Shown in pieces: positions 14,670 through 26,501 of a stretch of 64,000 nt of DNA. The translations under genes were made by a program, and so were the position numbers. The stretch's first letter is position 1, and every line of letters begins with the position of its first letter. The notes under the pieces are model-generated. The model did no database searches, was not told the origin of the DNA, and worked only from the letters and a program-made list of their open reading frames with translations. Origin of the DNA: Okamejei kenojei (lineage: Eukaryota). The stretch covers positions 57,350,001 through 57,414,000 of the forward strand of contig CM069139.1 of assembly GCA_035221665.1 (NCBI GenBank), in the 5' to 3' direction.

Positions 14670-14975
14670 GGGTGGAACAGTGGCACAGCAGTAGAGCTGC
14701 TGCCGTACAGAGACAGAGACCCGGGTTTGATCCTGACTACGGGTGCTGTCTATACGGAGTTTGTACGTTTTCCTCATGATGGCGTGGATTTTCCCCAGGT
14801 CTCGCTTTTTTCCCATACTCCAAAGACGTACCGGTTTGTAGGTAAATTGTTTTTTGTACGAATTGTAAAATGTTAGTCTGTAGGATAGTGCTAGTGCACA
14901 GGGGTGATTGCTGGACGGCGCAGGCTCAGTGGGCCGTAGGGCCTATTTCCGCACTGTACCTCTAAACTAAACTAA
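14670..14975 (+). mobile_element. HE1-like V-SINE, full length
   Basis: tRNA-like head, core and ctaaactaaactaaa tail. Confidence 0.9.
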
Positions 14976-16882
14976 ATTTTCTCTCCACTCATGTTTTTAA
15001 AAGGGTGACCAAAACATAAGAATATCAGAAAATAGGAGCAGAATTAGGCCACTAGGCCCTTCAAGCCTGCTCTGCCAATCAATGTGTCACGGCTGATCTA
15101 TGCTGGCCTCAACTCCTGTACAGATACCCATAACCGTCAATTTCTCCATCTTTCCAGAAATAAATTTAGTACGTCTTTCCAATAAATATGCTTTAACATT
15201 CCTAGTGCATGAGTCAAGGTTGCCGTCACCATTAGTTTCAAGCTTCCCTTCACTTCTGTTTTTCACTATACAGAAAGTACTTTGTTCTGTCTTCTAGGTC
15301 CACAAGGTGAATTGCATTACATTTTTCTTCATTGAAATCTATTTGCCAAATTTCTGTCCCTTCACCTTATCCTTAGCAATTTCATAGTTCCATATATACT
15401 ACTTTAAAACCTACTATTCAAAAAATTAATAGCTATTACCAGTGGTACTAAGATTAATGGTTTGAGAACGGTGGCAATAGGCAAAATAATTCAATGTAGT
15501 ATTGGAAATCTGAAAGCTTGCATATGTTATTAATTAACTTCCCTCAATATCTCACCATTATCATTACTCACTCTGGATTGATTTTGTTTTTTTGTGAGGA
15601 ATATCTGAGTTGTAAAGAGAAGTATTTTTTTCTAAGAACAAAGTCAATATTAGCATTTTAACCACCTTCTTAAAAGTGAAGGGTTCTATCTTGGAAAGAG
15701 TTCATGTTGATTAATTTCAGATTCTATTGAACACCTACAATGTAAAATGAGGCTGAATTTGTCACAAATTGTTTATGCTTAAAGAAGGATGATTAAATTG
15801 AATGCAAGTTCATGGGACTGGGTTTTGCTGCCAAAATATCTGGTCAATGTGCACACCATTAATGAGTATAGTTTAATTTATTATTACATCTACCAAGAAA
15901 CAGTGAAACGCTTGTTTTGTGTTATCCAGTCAAATCATACAATACATGAGTAAAATCATAAGCAAGTAAAAAAAGTGAAACAATTATAGGTTAATCATCT
16001 TCTGGAAGAGCATGCAAAGAGTCACCCTGTTCTTGTGCCATCTTGCAACTTTCAAGTGTCTCAAGTTTGACCATGGCCTACGGAGATGTGTAATTTCTTA
16101 TTTTCTCACTTTAAGGCCTGGTGTCCTGGCAGCACTGGCCCAGCACAACGCTGTTAGTTCCTTTCACCAATGCTCCCTGCAACTGCTGCAGGTTATGCTC
16201 AATCTACTCGCCCAGTTGCTGTGGGACATCCATTGGCCACCTCCACCAACACCACGACCAGCGTCCATTGCAAACGCGCTGTCCATGGCCTCCAGCAACC
16301 ACCTCAATGCTTCCGTGCGCAGAGGTCACCACAGCCCACTAATGTTGCTCATACATTCTATAACCTCACAATCCTCTGTGCCTAAACAAATTTCTCACAC
16401 TCTGTCCTACTTTTAACAACAAACCCATGCCTCCCCATCTCTGCCCCTCTCTATCTCTACCAACAGTTGCTCCCAATCTCCTTTATTCTTTGGTCTCTTT
16501 TTGCCTATTGCTAAGTTTCTGCATAATACTTTTTTTAGTCAAAGACTCAATATAACAAAGTAAATATCTGCATTTAATATTGAGATCGGGCAGATAAAGA
16601 GTTATTCATGAATCTCACGAATCTGGTCACTACTTTTTCAAATTACTAGGTATTTTTCACCATGTTAATGGACACCCTTGAAAGGGGGCATCAGTCTTGC
16701 ACAAATTCTCATTCTCAATCTAAGTACCGGGGTAAGTTGAATGTAATTCTCATGTTATTGAGGATTTGGTCCAGTTCTGCTTCAGAAAAAATTGCAGAAA
16801 AAGTACGCCTGGTGCTTCAGTCTTCTCTCTGATTATTAATCTCAACGTAATGGTCTAAGGATTTAAAACATTAAAATCAAAT

Positions 16883-17006
16883 GTTTAAATGTAAAAACAA
16901 GGAAGCTGGTTTTCAAAACAGACACAGAGCTGGAGTAACAGCTGGTCAGGCAGCATCCTTGGAGTACATGGACATGTGACATTTTGGTCGGGACCCTTCT
17001 TCAGAC
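16883..17006 (-). mobile_element. Short Penelope-like repeat with decayed hammerhead core, TSD-flanked
   Basis: AAAATCAAAT direct repeat at 16873-16882 and 17007-17016; - strand starts GTCTGAAGAAGGGTCCCGACC. Confidence 0.75.
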
Positions 17007-17074
17007 AAAATCAAATCTTTGATTCCTCTAATATTTTAACTTCTCTATCCTTTTGCTTATACAATTTTGCTCAG

Positions 17075-17407
17075 CCACCTCGTCTCCGTTCTAAATGGCT
17101 TACCCCTTATTCTTAAACTGTGGCCCCTGGTTCTGGACTTCCCCAACATCAGGAACATGTTTCCTGCCTCTAGCGTGTCCAAACCCTTAACAATCTTATT
17201 TGTTTCAATAAGATCCCCTCTCATCCTTCTAAACTCCAGTGTCCAAGCCCAGCCGCTCCATTCTCTCAGCATATGACAGTCCCGCCATCCCGGGAATTAA
17301 CCTTGTAAACCTACGCTGCACTCCCTCAATAGCAAGAATGTCCTGCCTCAAATTAGGGGACCAGAACTGCAGACAATACTCCAGGTGTGGTCTCACTAGG
17401 GCTCTGC
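17075..17407 (-). mobile_element. Young CR1/HER1 LINE ORF2 fragment
   Basis: ALVRPHLEYCLQFWSPNLRQDILAIEGVQRRFTRLIPG and RRMRGDLIET...RTRGHSLRIRG in the ORF track. Confidence 0.9.
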
Positions 17408-18229
17408 AACTTTTCGGGTCGAAACCCTCTTCAGTCCGCCTATTGGGTGAACATTTTATAATCTTCATGTATTTGAATGTTGAAGCTTTCAGCAATATTT
17501 TACATGACAAAGTTGCAGGGAAGCAGGGTGACTGAGAGAATTCCACTGATTCTAGTTGCACAATTTGAATCCTGATATTGTTGGCCAATTTCTTCAAATA
17601 GTTATGAGTGACTGACAATCTCGCAATTCCAGCAAATCCAGGCAGAATTCCAAAACTAGATGTAACAATCTCATCATGCAACATTGGAATAATGTGGAAT
17701 ATTGATTCACAACCTAGCCTGTTTTGCTTTGTTAGAAATGGCAGAATCCTTTCAAATAACATTTAGAGAAAAGTTTTTTATGGTATATTTATATATTCTT
17801 CATAGCAACCAGGTCAAAATTTGGGTAGACATTAATACAATGTGCAGAACAATTGCAATTGTATATAGCAACACTTATAACAACCAGGACTTGAAAATGG
17901 CTCTAACAACTGGCGACTCTGTATACTGTCTCAGTGTACTACCATTATACATTTATACTCTATCTGAGGCACTTATCTAAGATGTATCTAAGTGCTTATG
18001 TATAGTGATACGTACATATCTGTATAGAAAAATGAATTTCACAGTACAGGTGGCAATAAAGTACCATTGAACCTATAAGGATTTATAACATCTTAAATTG
18101 TGGTTTTTAAGTGCAGTTAAATTGGTTTCTTCAAGATGTGGAATTTAAAGCATAAAATTATCACACCCTACCCAGTGGCAGCCAACCCACTGTATAATGC
18201 TAATTGTACTTTTAATTACAACATTATTA

Positions 18230-18715
18230 GGCATTAGCTAGGGAGAGTAAATTGGGAGCAGCTGTTATTGAGTAAGTCCTCATCTGAGATGAGGGAGTCG
18301 CTTAAAAATCAACTGATCAAAGATCAGGACTGGCATGTTCCAGTCAGGAATAGGGACAGGGATGCCAATGTAACGGGACCATGCATAACGAGATAGATTG
18401 TAAATTTGGTCAAAAAGGGAAAAAAAGCATACACAGGGTTTAGCAAGGTGAAAATAGGCAGGGCCTTTGAGGAATATAAAGCAAGCAGGAAGGAATTCAA
18501 GCAGATAATTAGTAGGATTGAAAGAGGCCATGAAAGGTCTGAAGCAAATAGGATTAAAGAGAATCCAAGGCTGTTTATGCATACGCATATAGGATAACTA
18601 GGGAGAGGATAGAGCCACTCCAGGTTAAAGGAGGCAATTTATGCTTGGAGTCAGACGATGTAGTTGATGAATACTGAATTAGTACTTTCCGTCAGTATTC
18701 ACCAAGGAGAAGGTC
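18230..18715 (+). mobile_element. CR1 LINE ORF2 middle fragment
   Basis: EEYKASRKEFKQ...GHERSEANRIKENPRLF, typical of the CR1 endonuclease-RT linker. Confidence 0.75.
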
Positions 18716-18985
18716 AGATAGTCCATCACACAGAGCAGACTCCCCACCATTGACCCCATCCACACTTCAGGGTACCTCAGGAAAGCAGCCATCATAATCA
18801 AAGACCTTTACCATCCTGATCATTCTGCCTCATCCCTGCTCCTATTGGGTGAAGATATAAAAAATTGAAAACACATGCCACCAGTCTCAGGAATACCTTC
18901 TTCCTCTATGTTATCAAACTTCTTAACAAGTCCTCCCATAAGCCAGAGTACAGTCCCAATTTCCCACCCTACCCCATTGCAGACA
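18716..18985 (+). mobile_element. Rex1/Babar-like LINE 3' fragment
   Basis: KTHATSLRNTFFLYVIKLLN resembles the Rex1-type C-terminus; homologous to 56262-56735. Confidence 0.65.
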
Positions 18986-19001
18986 TTGGGCTTTTTCTCT
19001 A

Positions 19002-19290
19002 CAGCGCAGCTGTAGAGTTGCTGCCTTACATTGCTTGCAGCACCAGAGACGATCCTGATTACGGGTGCTGTCTGTGCGGAGTTTGTACGTTCTCCCCATA
19101 ATTTTCTCCAAGATCTTCGGTTTCCTCCCACACTCCAAAGACATATAGGCTTGTAGGTTAATTGGTTTGGTATGCATAAATTGTCCCTAGTGCATGTAGG
19201 ATAGTGTTAATGTGCGGTGATCACTGGTCGGTACGAACTCGGTGGGCCGAAGGACCTGTTTCCGCGCTGTATCTCCAAACTAAACTAAAA
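19002..19290 (+). mobile_element. HE1-like V-SINE
   Basis: Head, core and aaactaaactaaa tail as in other copies. Confidence 0.9.
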
Positions 19291-20656
19291 AAAATAATGT
19301 AGATACTTTTGAGATTATTAAATAAAATGACTATTTCCAGAATTCCAGACTTAGGAAAAGGACAATCAAACTTGTTCTCCCAGAAGGAAGATAAATCGGG
19401 GACTTAAATGCAGTGTTTATAATGTTGACGGTCATAAGTCATAAAATTGAAGTTGTAGTAATGGAACTGAGAAACATGATTATTAAATTGGTAAGCTCTG
19501 GAAAGATCAGAAATTGGAAGAAATTTGGTTACCCAATATTAAAGTTGTCTCACATCAAAAATGGTTCATGAATTATTTCTTGGGACAATGAATTGTATCT
19601 ATCCCAAGGTGGAAAGGAATCTTACAAGCAGAAATGTAGCATATTAAAAACACGACGTATGTAGCCTATAAACCTCCTCGCATTTTGTCCCTGAGCAGCG
19701 TCATCTGTGGAATGCAGTCAGGCAGCTTTTGAACATGTGCTGTGCTTGGAGCTCAACATTTTTAGGTGCTTCATGAACAAGAAGATTTATGTTTTTAAAT
19801 AAGTTTTAGTTTTCTGTAAATTGTGCAGAACGCTATGAGCGCTCATCGCCTTTAAGAAATTAAAATATATTGGTGAGAATAAATCACAGTTTGTACTGTG
19901 TTGGTGTGTTTATAAGGGGCAGGTTAAGCTTGCAAATTTGGCTCCATCAAACCCCCCGCCCCTGTGTCGAAATTAAAGTGCCTAATGAACAGTGAGCAAA
20001 TATGGGCAGAGATCCCTGACGATCAATGTTAACCAATATTATGCATTTGCACTTCATTTGAGACACGCAGTCATACAGCATGGAAAGGGCTCTTTGGGCA
20101 CACACCAACAAACATGTTCCATCTACACTTGTCCCACCTGCCTGCGTTTACCCCATATCCCTCTGAACCTATCCTATCCTGGAATCTACCAGAAATGGGT
20201 GAGAGCTTTATAACAACTTAATGGAATTTGTACCATTTTCTGAGCTGAATATCAAATATATAATGGCATATCGAATATTAGCTCTGCTCAACTAAATTGC
20301 TACGTAGGTTTGTTTGTGTCTTACTTTTTAATATTTAAGCATGAACGCATAAAATTCACATCCAATTGTTTATTTGTTATTATCCTGTTTCTTATTGGCC
20401 TGGGTTTTGCAATCTGTGATGAAGCAACTCTGCTCTCCAATGACTTTGAAGGAATCTGCCCGCAAATATCTAACCATCACTGAGTCAGACTTTCCTGCCA
20501 TCAGCTGTTGTCAAATGTCAATCAAGGGGATCGTTGGTGAAGAACAACGTTGATGCCGTCAGGCCGACTGAGCAGCCAATTGAAATACTCTGATAGACCA
20601 CAAAAATAGAAGATAGACCACAAACATAGAAGTAAAAGATACATTTCTTCAGTAAA

Positions 20657-20775
20657 TAGTTTCGTTTAGAGATACAGCGCAGAAACAGGCCCTTCGGCCC
20701 ACCGAGTCCGCAGCAACCAGCATCCCCCGCACATTAATACAAGCCTATACACACTTGGGATAATTTGCACTTACA
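20657..20775 (-). mobile_element. HE1-like SINE 3' fragment
   Basis: tttagagatacagcgcagaaacaggcccttcggcccacc tail sequence. Confidence 0.8.
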
Positions 20776-20869
20776 GCAGGTACACAAAACCACTATTTCT
20801 TTCCAAACTCCAGCAAGGAAAGCAGCAATGCCTATATATATGAGTCTTGAAGCTAGAAATCAAATATTA

Positions 20870-21377
20870 CTAGCCTAAGTGGGACCCGTTGGGTCCCATG
20901 TTCACATGAGAGGTCTGGTCCCCCAACGCAATATTCCACCTCTCCACCAATTCCAATATTGGTGGCCAGTGGAGGGGGGGGGGGGGGGGGAGGCGAGCGC
21001 AGGCCACCACATTCAAATGCAATTTCATGCCATTTCAGGCAGAGAGCAGGCCACCAAATTCAAATGCAATTTCATACCAGTTCAAGCAGTGCGCAGGCCA
21101 CCAAATTCAAATGCAATTTCATACCATTTGGGCTTTATACTCCTGGCCCCCCGGAAGGGTGATTGACATGAGAGATGACCAATCAGCTGATCTCAAGATT
21201 GTTTAAAGATTCATAACTTTTTGATTTTTCATCGATCGGAAAAATCCTTGGGGCTGCCTCAGCAGAGGAGGACTGTGAATAAGATGGCCAAAAATCATAG
21301 CAATATATGGTAGCATTTGTTTCTAAAATCAATATACAGCGCAGACAGGAAGTGGTCAAGATTGTTAGTTATATAGA
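20870..21377 (-). mobile_element. Non-autonomous Helitron
   Basis: - strand starts TC (21377-21376), ends CTAG (20873-20870), subterminal hairpin TGGGACCC-AAC-GGGTCCCA (20880-20898), inserted between A and T with no TSD. Confidence 0.8.
20999..21128. repeat. ~47-bp minisatellite, 3 units, inside the Helitron
   Basis: GCAGGCCACCAAATTCAAATGCAATTTCATACCA repeated three times with few changes. Confidence 0.9.
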
Positions 21378-21424
21378 TAATGCATTTTACAATAGTTTGC
21401 TTTTTATTTATTTTTATTTTCTGT

Positions 21425-21710
21425 GACAGTGGCACAACGGTAGAGTTGCTGCCTTACAGTGCCAGAAGCCCGAGTTTGATCCTGACTATGGGTCCTGTCT
21501 GTCCAGAATCTGTACATTCTCCCTGTGACCATGTGCATTTTCTCCGGGTGCTCCGGTTTCCTCCCACACTCCAAAGGCATACAGGTTTGTAGGTTAATTG
21601 GCTTTGATAAAATTGTAAATTGTCCCGAGTGTGTAGGATAGTGCGAGTGTACAGAGTGATCACTGGTTGGTGGGCTGAAGGGCTTGTTTCTGCACTGTAT
21701 CTCTAAAGTC
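21425..21710 (+). mobile_element. HE1-like V-SINE
   Basis: Head, core and tail match other copies. Confidence 0.9.
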
Positions 21711-23229
21711 CTAGGTTATGCTTTATGTTTCAATCTGAATGGAAACCAATCTCTAGTTCGTGCTAGAGTCCAGTTTTGCCCTCGTGTTTTATGCCTCTAG
21801 CTCCAATCTAGGCTGCCACTGGGGACATCAGTAAATCTGCAGTGCACAGATGTATAGAGTAGGTGACTGATGCATTGTTTGCCAGAGGTAGCACTTAACT
21901 TTCCCCGTGGACAGCCAACAACAGCATGAGGGGCCACAGCATTTTTCAAGTAGCAAGGTTACCCAAGGACCAGTGTGTTATTGATGGTACCCAAATGGCC
22001 CTGTGTGCTTCAGTGTACAATAATTGTTCATTCATGACTGCAAAGGATTACCCCACTATTAATGAGCCACCATCTGCACAGAAGCATGCAGGTAAACGTC
22101 TGCAGCTTAAGCAGCATTTCCCATCCCTTTGTTTTAAGGCAATGTGCAATGCCACCCAGAAAAAGAGAGTGCAAAATTAGTTCCCAGGAGATTAATTTTA
22201 AGCCCTGCAGCTCAAACTCACGAGTCTCCATAGCAACTATGTCCAGGTAAAATAAGGTACACTCATCCACCAAATTTATCCTCCAATATGCTACAGTGTT
22301 TGGTAATAACAGAGACTCAGATGTCTCACTGCAACACACTATAATAAAATAGATGTTGCTGAGCTGAGAAAGTTATGCAACTGTAAATACCAGACAATGA
22401 TCACCAAAGATATGACATGGTAGGAGAATACATTGAATTAATTGCTACTGAAACATACTGTCAGGTACTTGTGTGCAGGTACTTGAGGAACCACATGACC
22501 ACATTCTCAGTATCTATCCACTCATTAAGGAGCAGTGCTCCCAATTCTTCCAAATCCTGAAGAATACATCTTCGCCTACAATAACATGACATTTACTGAG
22601 CTGCTGCAGATGTCAGCCCTTGGCAAAGTCCGACTCCATAACAAGAAATGTTTCCAGAGACAGTTCCACTGAAATAAATGCAAGTAAATGTCCATCCTGT
22701 GCTTATGAACTGTCTGTTTAGTTCCTCTTACAGTGTGCATTTGGTCTACCTATGAGTACCTGCATAATACATACATTCAAGACTATCTTTCCAAAGTCAC
22801 CAGCTCCAACATTTCTCCATCTGCAGTAATTGAACTGTTCCTGACAACTTCACAGCCAAACACTACAGTGAACATAGTGATGGAAGAAGTTGCCAATACG
22901 TCATTTATATAGCACTTGTTCACCCCCAACCTACTTACTTATACTTTGGTTGGGCTAGACAGTTTTTAGGTCTTGGTTTAATATTTAGACTTAGAAGCTA
23001 GATGTAAAGAAGGGGAAAGAACATCAAGACAGCTTTCAACCAAGTGCTGCACCTAGGTACTCGATAGATATGTGTCCTTATATATACATTGGAAAATCCT
23101 TTAATAGCCGACAAAGGAAGATAATTGTCATTGTTGGTGAATTAGAGAAGCAGAATATTGGTGTTGCAATTTCATCTTGTTGAAATCTCTTCAGCTATCG
23201 GGGAACTCAGAGTAGGGAGATCAAGCACC

Positions 23230-23505
23230 AAAAGGACATAGGTTTAATCTGACGGGAAAGATTTAATATGAACCTGAGGGGCATCTTTTTCACACAAGGG
23301 TGGTGGGCATTTGGAACGAGCTGCCAAAGGAGGTAGTAGAGTCAGATACTATAACAACATTTAAAATACATTTGGACAAGTGCATGGATAGGAAAGACTT
23401 AAAGCGATATGGGCCAAAAACAGGCAAGTGCGACTGGTGTAGACAGGGCACCTTGGTCAGCATAGGCGTTGGGCCGAAGGGTCTGTTTCCATGCTGTATG
23501 ACTTT
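23230..23505 (+). mobile_element. CR1/HER1 LINE 3' end
   Basis: VGIWNELPKEVVESDTITTFKIHLDKCMD and the 3' tail shared with the SINE. Confidence 0.85.
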
Positions 23506-23660
23506 ATGTAGCTTTTGGCATCATGGATTTAAGTTTCATTGGACAGTTGGACGCAAATAAGTGAATAGGTTCAAGAAAAAATAGACATGAAGACAGTAAT
23601 TAATCGGGGCCATTGATTCTGTACACTCTCCTCACTCGCTCAGATGTGTGTCCTCCTCAA

Positions 23661-23950
23661 AGTTTAGTTTAGTTTATTGTCACATGTACCAAGGTACAGG
23701 GAAAAGCTTTTGTTGTGTGCTAACAAGTCATGCATGATTACAATCGAGCCATCCACAGTGTCCAGATGCATGATAAAGTGAATAACGTTTAGTGCAAGAT
23801 AAATTCCAGTAAAGTCTGATTAAAGATGGTCCAAGGGTCTTCAATGAGGTAGATAGTAGCTCAAGACCACTCTATAGGTGTTGGCAGGATGGTTCACTTG
23901 CCTGATAACAGCTGGAAAGAAACTGTCCCTGAATCTGGAGGTGTGCATCG
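23661..23950 (-). mobile_element. Rex1-like LINE 3' end / derived short element
   Basis: Homologous to 44160-44440, 56262-56735 and 58795-59165; gtttagtttagtttattgtcac tail. Confidence 0.75.
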
Positions 23951-25824
23951 ATGATAGTTTGGTTTACGTTTCTTCTCCTTTCGTGCACTACCTTCTGCGA
24001 GTCAATTAGCAAAGGTATGAGTGAATAAATGAATAAGTCGCACAGTCGACTAAGTGGACAGAACCTGTTAGAGAGGAGACTATTTAAGAACCAAAGGAAG
24101 AGACATGTACAAGGGAGTTTTGTTTTCCAGTGCACCCTTCTCCACAATAGCCAGTCATGAGAAGCACTTAAGGTTCTATAATCCCATAACTCCAATATCA
24201 ATATATGCTTTGTAGATGGCAGATGGTGGAATTCCTTCTAAAATGCAAGCTACCAAAGAGAAGCATTATTGACACTGAGAAGCTTGATTCCAGTGTGTAA
24301 ATTAGGCTGACCCTGGAGACGGAGGCAAGGTCAACGAAGTAAAGGTTAGATGAATGCCAATGACAAACTGCCAACATGAAGGCCTCGGACCAAAATTAGG
24401 GCTTCACTGATAGGACTGTAAAAAATGTTGAAATTTCCATTGCACAAATGTTTTATGTGTTTTTGCATCATGCATCAGCTAAACCCAGCCTTTAATTATT
24501 TAGCACTGTTTCCATACAATGGTAGATTTAATCTAGATAAATAGTAGTATAACTATGAAATTGGTTGCCACCTGCCTAGCTAATGGATTGGAATGAGGAA
24601 ACAATGGAAAATGGCCCTGTTGAAGTCATATGTAATTCAGTTTTGGGAAAGAAATATAAAAAGGTGTTAGCAATATTACTAATAGAACATCTTCAGATGA
24701 CAAGAAAGTCGATTCAAAGGGAGAAGAGCATGCAAACAGGAAGGTGATGAGTGACTATGAAGTGATGACAGTGAGCCAAGCTAGAAAATGGAGAGAGGGA
24801 AACATACCCGTACTTCCTGAATACCAGCAAGTTCTGTAGTGAGCAGATTAAGTTGCAGTGGGCAAAAAATGTTCTTCAACATGGATCAAGCTGGCTGCTG
24901 CGGATTATATTTGGGAAGCTAAAAGGTCATTCGCAGATTGGCAGGTGACCTTGAGGGAGCAGGTAAGGCCAAAGCTGGTTTTTCCACATTCCTGCTTACA
25001 TTTTCTGTTGCCTTCATGTCGGTACAGGATGGTACTCAAAATGTAGTAGAGTATTCTTAAGAGACAACTTTAAATGCATAAATTAGAAAAATGAAATGCA
25101 ATTATTGGCAGAGAAATATGTACTCGGGAAGGCAGCCTTGTGATGTTTAAAACTTGGCGGTTGCAGAAGTAGCCTCCAGTAAGAAATGATTTTCACTTTA
25201 ACTAATATGATTAACTCTTTCACCACTTATTTCGTAGAGAATGGAAAAGGCAGATAGTATGGGCACTGTAGTTTTAATGAAAGGTATGCATATGAAGGAA
25301 TCCAGGCCTTTGTTTTTATTTTTGTCTCCCCTGCTTGTAGATTAGGTAAGTTAATTGAACAAGTCACTGACTGCTGTTAACATGGGGGGTGGTAGGTGCA
25401 GGAGAATGGGCAGGGTTTAACCAGTTGTTCAAGCAGCTGGGCATTTTACTTCCAAAAACAGTCAAAAGTTCAAGTCACAGCAAGCCTGTCACTCACTGTC
25501 GCTCACTTCGGGAGCTGGCTCTGGTCTGCTTTCTGCCTGATGACCAGATGACTTGTCTCTGGGTCCTTTCTTCTCCACTGGTGACTGGGGGTGGGTGCTG
25601 CACAAAACAGACCCCAGCTCCTTTGCACATATTTACAAGAGCAACGTGGAGTAAAGGGTTGCACTCAGTGCTGTTGAGCGCATACGTGAGAGGAATTAGC
25701 ACCGTCGGTCTCACTCCCACAAAGTTCCCATTTTGTGGTGGCTGCATTTTGCATAACACAACAGCCCTGGAGAACCCATGGCTTTTTCCCAATGTCCTAC
25801 TTCCATCTGCTAAACATCCTCGCA

Positions 25825-26501
25825 TGTAGATAGGGTGGTAAAGAAAGCCTTTGGTGTGCTGGCCTTTATAAATCAGAGCATTGAATATAGGAGTAGGGAA
25901 GTAATGTTAAAATTGTACAAGGAATTGGTAAGACCAATTCTGGAGTATGGTGTACAATTTTGGTCGCCTAGTTATAGGAAGGATGTCAACAAAATAGAGA
26001 GAGTACAGAGGAGATTTACTAGAATGTTGCCAGGGTTCCAGCAACTATGTTACAGAGAAAGGTTGAACAAGTTAGGTCTTTATTCTTTGGAGCGCAGAAG
26101 GTTAAGGGGTGACTTGATTGAGGTCTTTAAAATGATGAAAGGGATAGACAGAGTTGACGTGGATAAGCTTTTCCCATTGAGGGTAGGGAAGATTCAAACA
26201 AGAGGGCATGACATGAGAATTAAGGGACAGAAGTTTAGGGGTAACGTGAGGGGGAACTTCTTTACTCAGAGGGTGGTGGCTGTGTGGAATGAGCTTCCAG
26301 CAGAGGTGGTGGAGGCAGGATCGATTTTAACATTTAAAAGTAAAGTGGATAGGTATATGGACGTGAAGGGAATGGAGGGGTATGGTCTGAGTGCAGGTAG
26401 ATGGGACTAGGGGAAAACAAATGGTCGGCACGGACTGGAAGGGCCGAGAGGGCCTGTCTCCGTGCTGTAATTGTTATATGGTTATATGGTTATATGGTTA
26501 T
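25825..26501 (+). mobile_element. Young 5'-truncated CR1/HER1 LINE
   Basis: Uninterrupted 191-aa ORF2 C-terminus (25835-26410; LVRPILEYGVQFW, RRLRGDLIEVFK, WNELP), 3' UTR and (GGTTATAT)n tail. Confidence 0.95.

Noticed and set aside
14670-14740. tRNA-like A/B-box sequences (many copies)
   Set aside because: They are SINE heads continuing into SINE core and tail, not tRNA genes.
16012-16416. 134-aa ORF in a locally GC-richer patch
   Set aside because: No recognisable protein; probably a decayed repeat 5' region.
20999-21128. Repeat-spacer pattern resembling CRISPR
   Set aside because: Eukaryotic DNA, only three units with short similar spacers; a minisatellite inside a Helitron.
25835-26410. 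191-aa ORF as a host gene
   Set aside because: It is the C-terminus of CR1 LINE ORF2, 5'-truncated and followed by the LINE tail.
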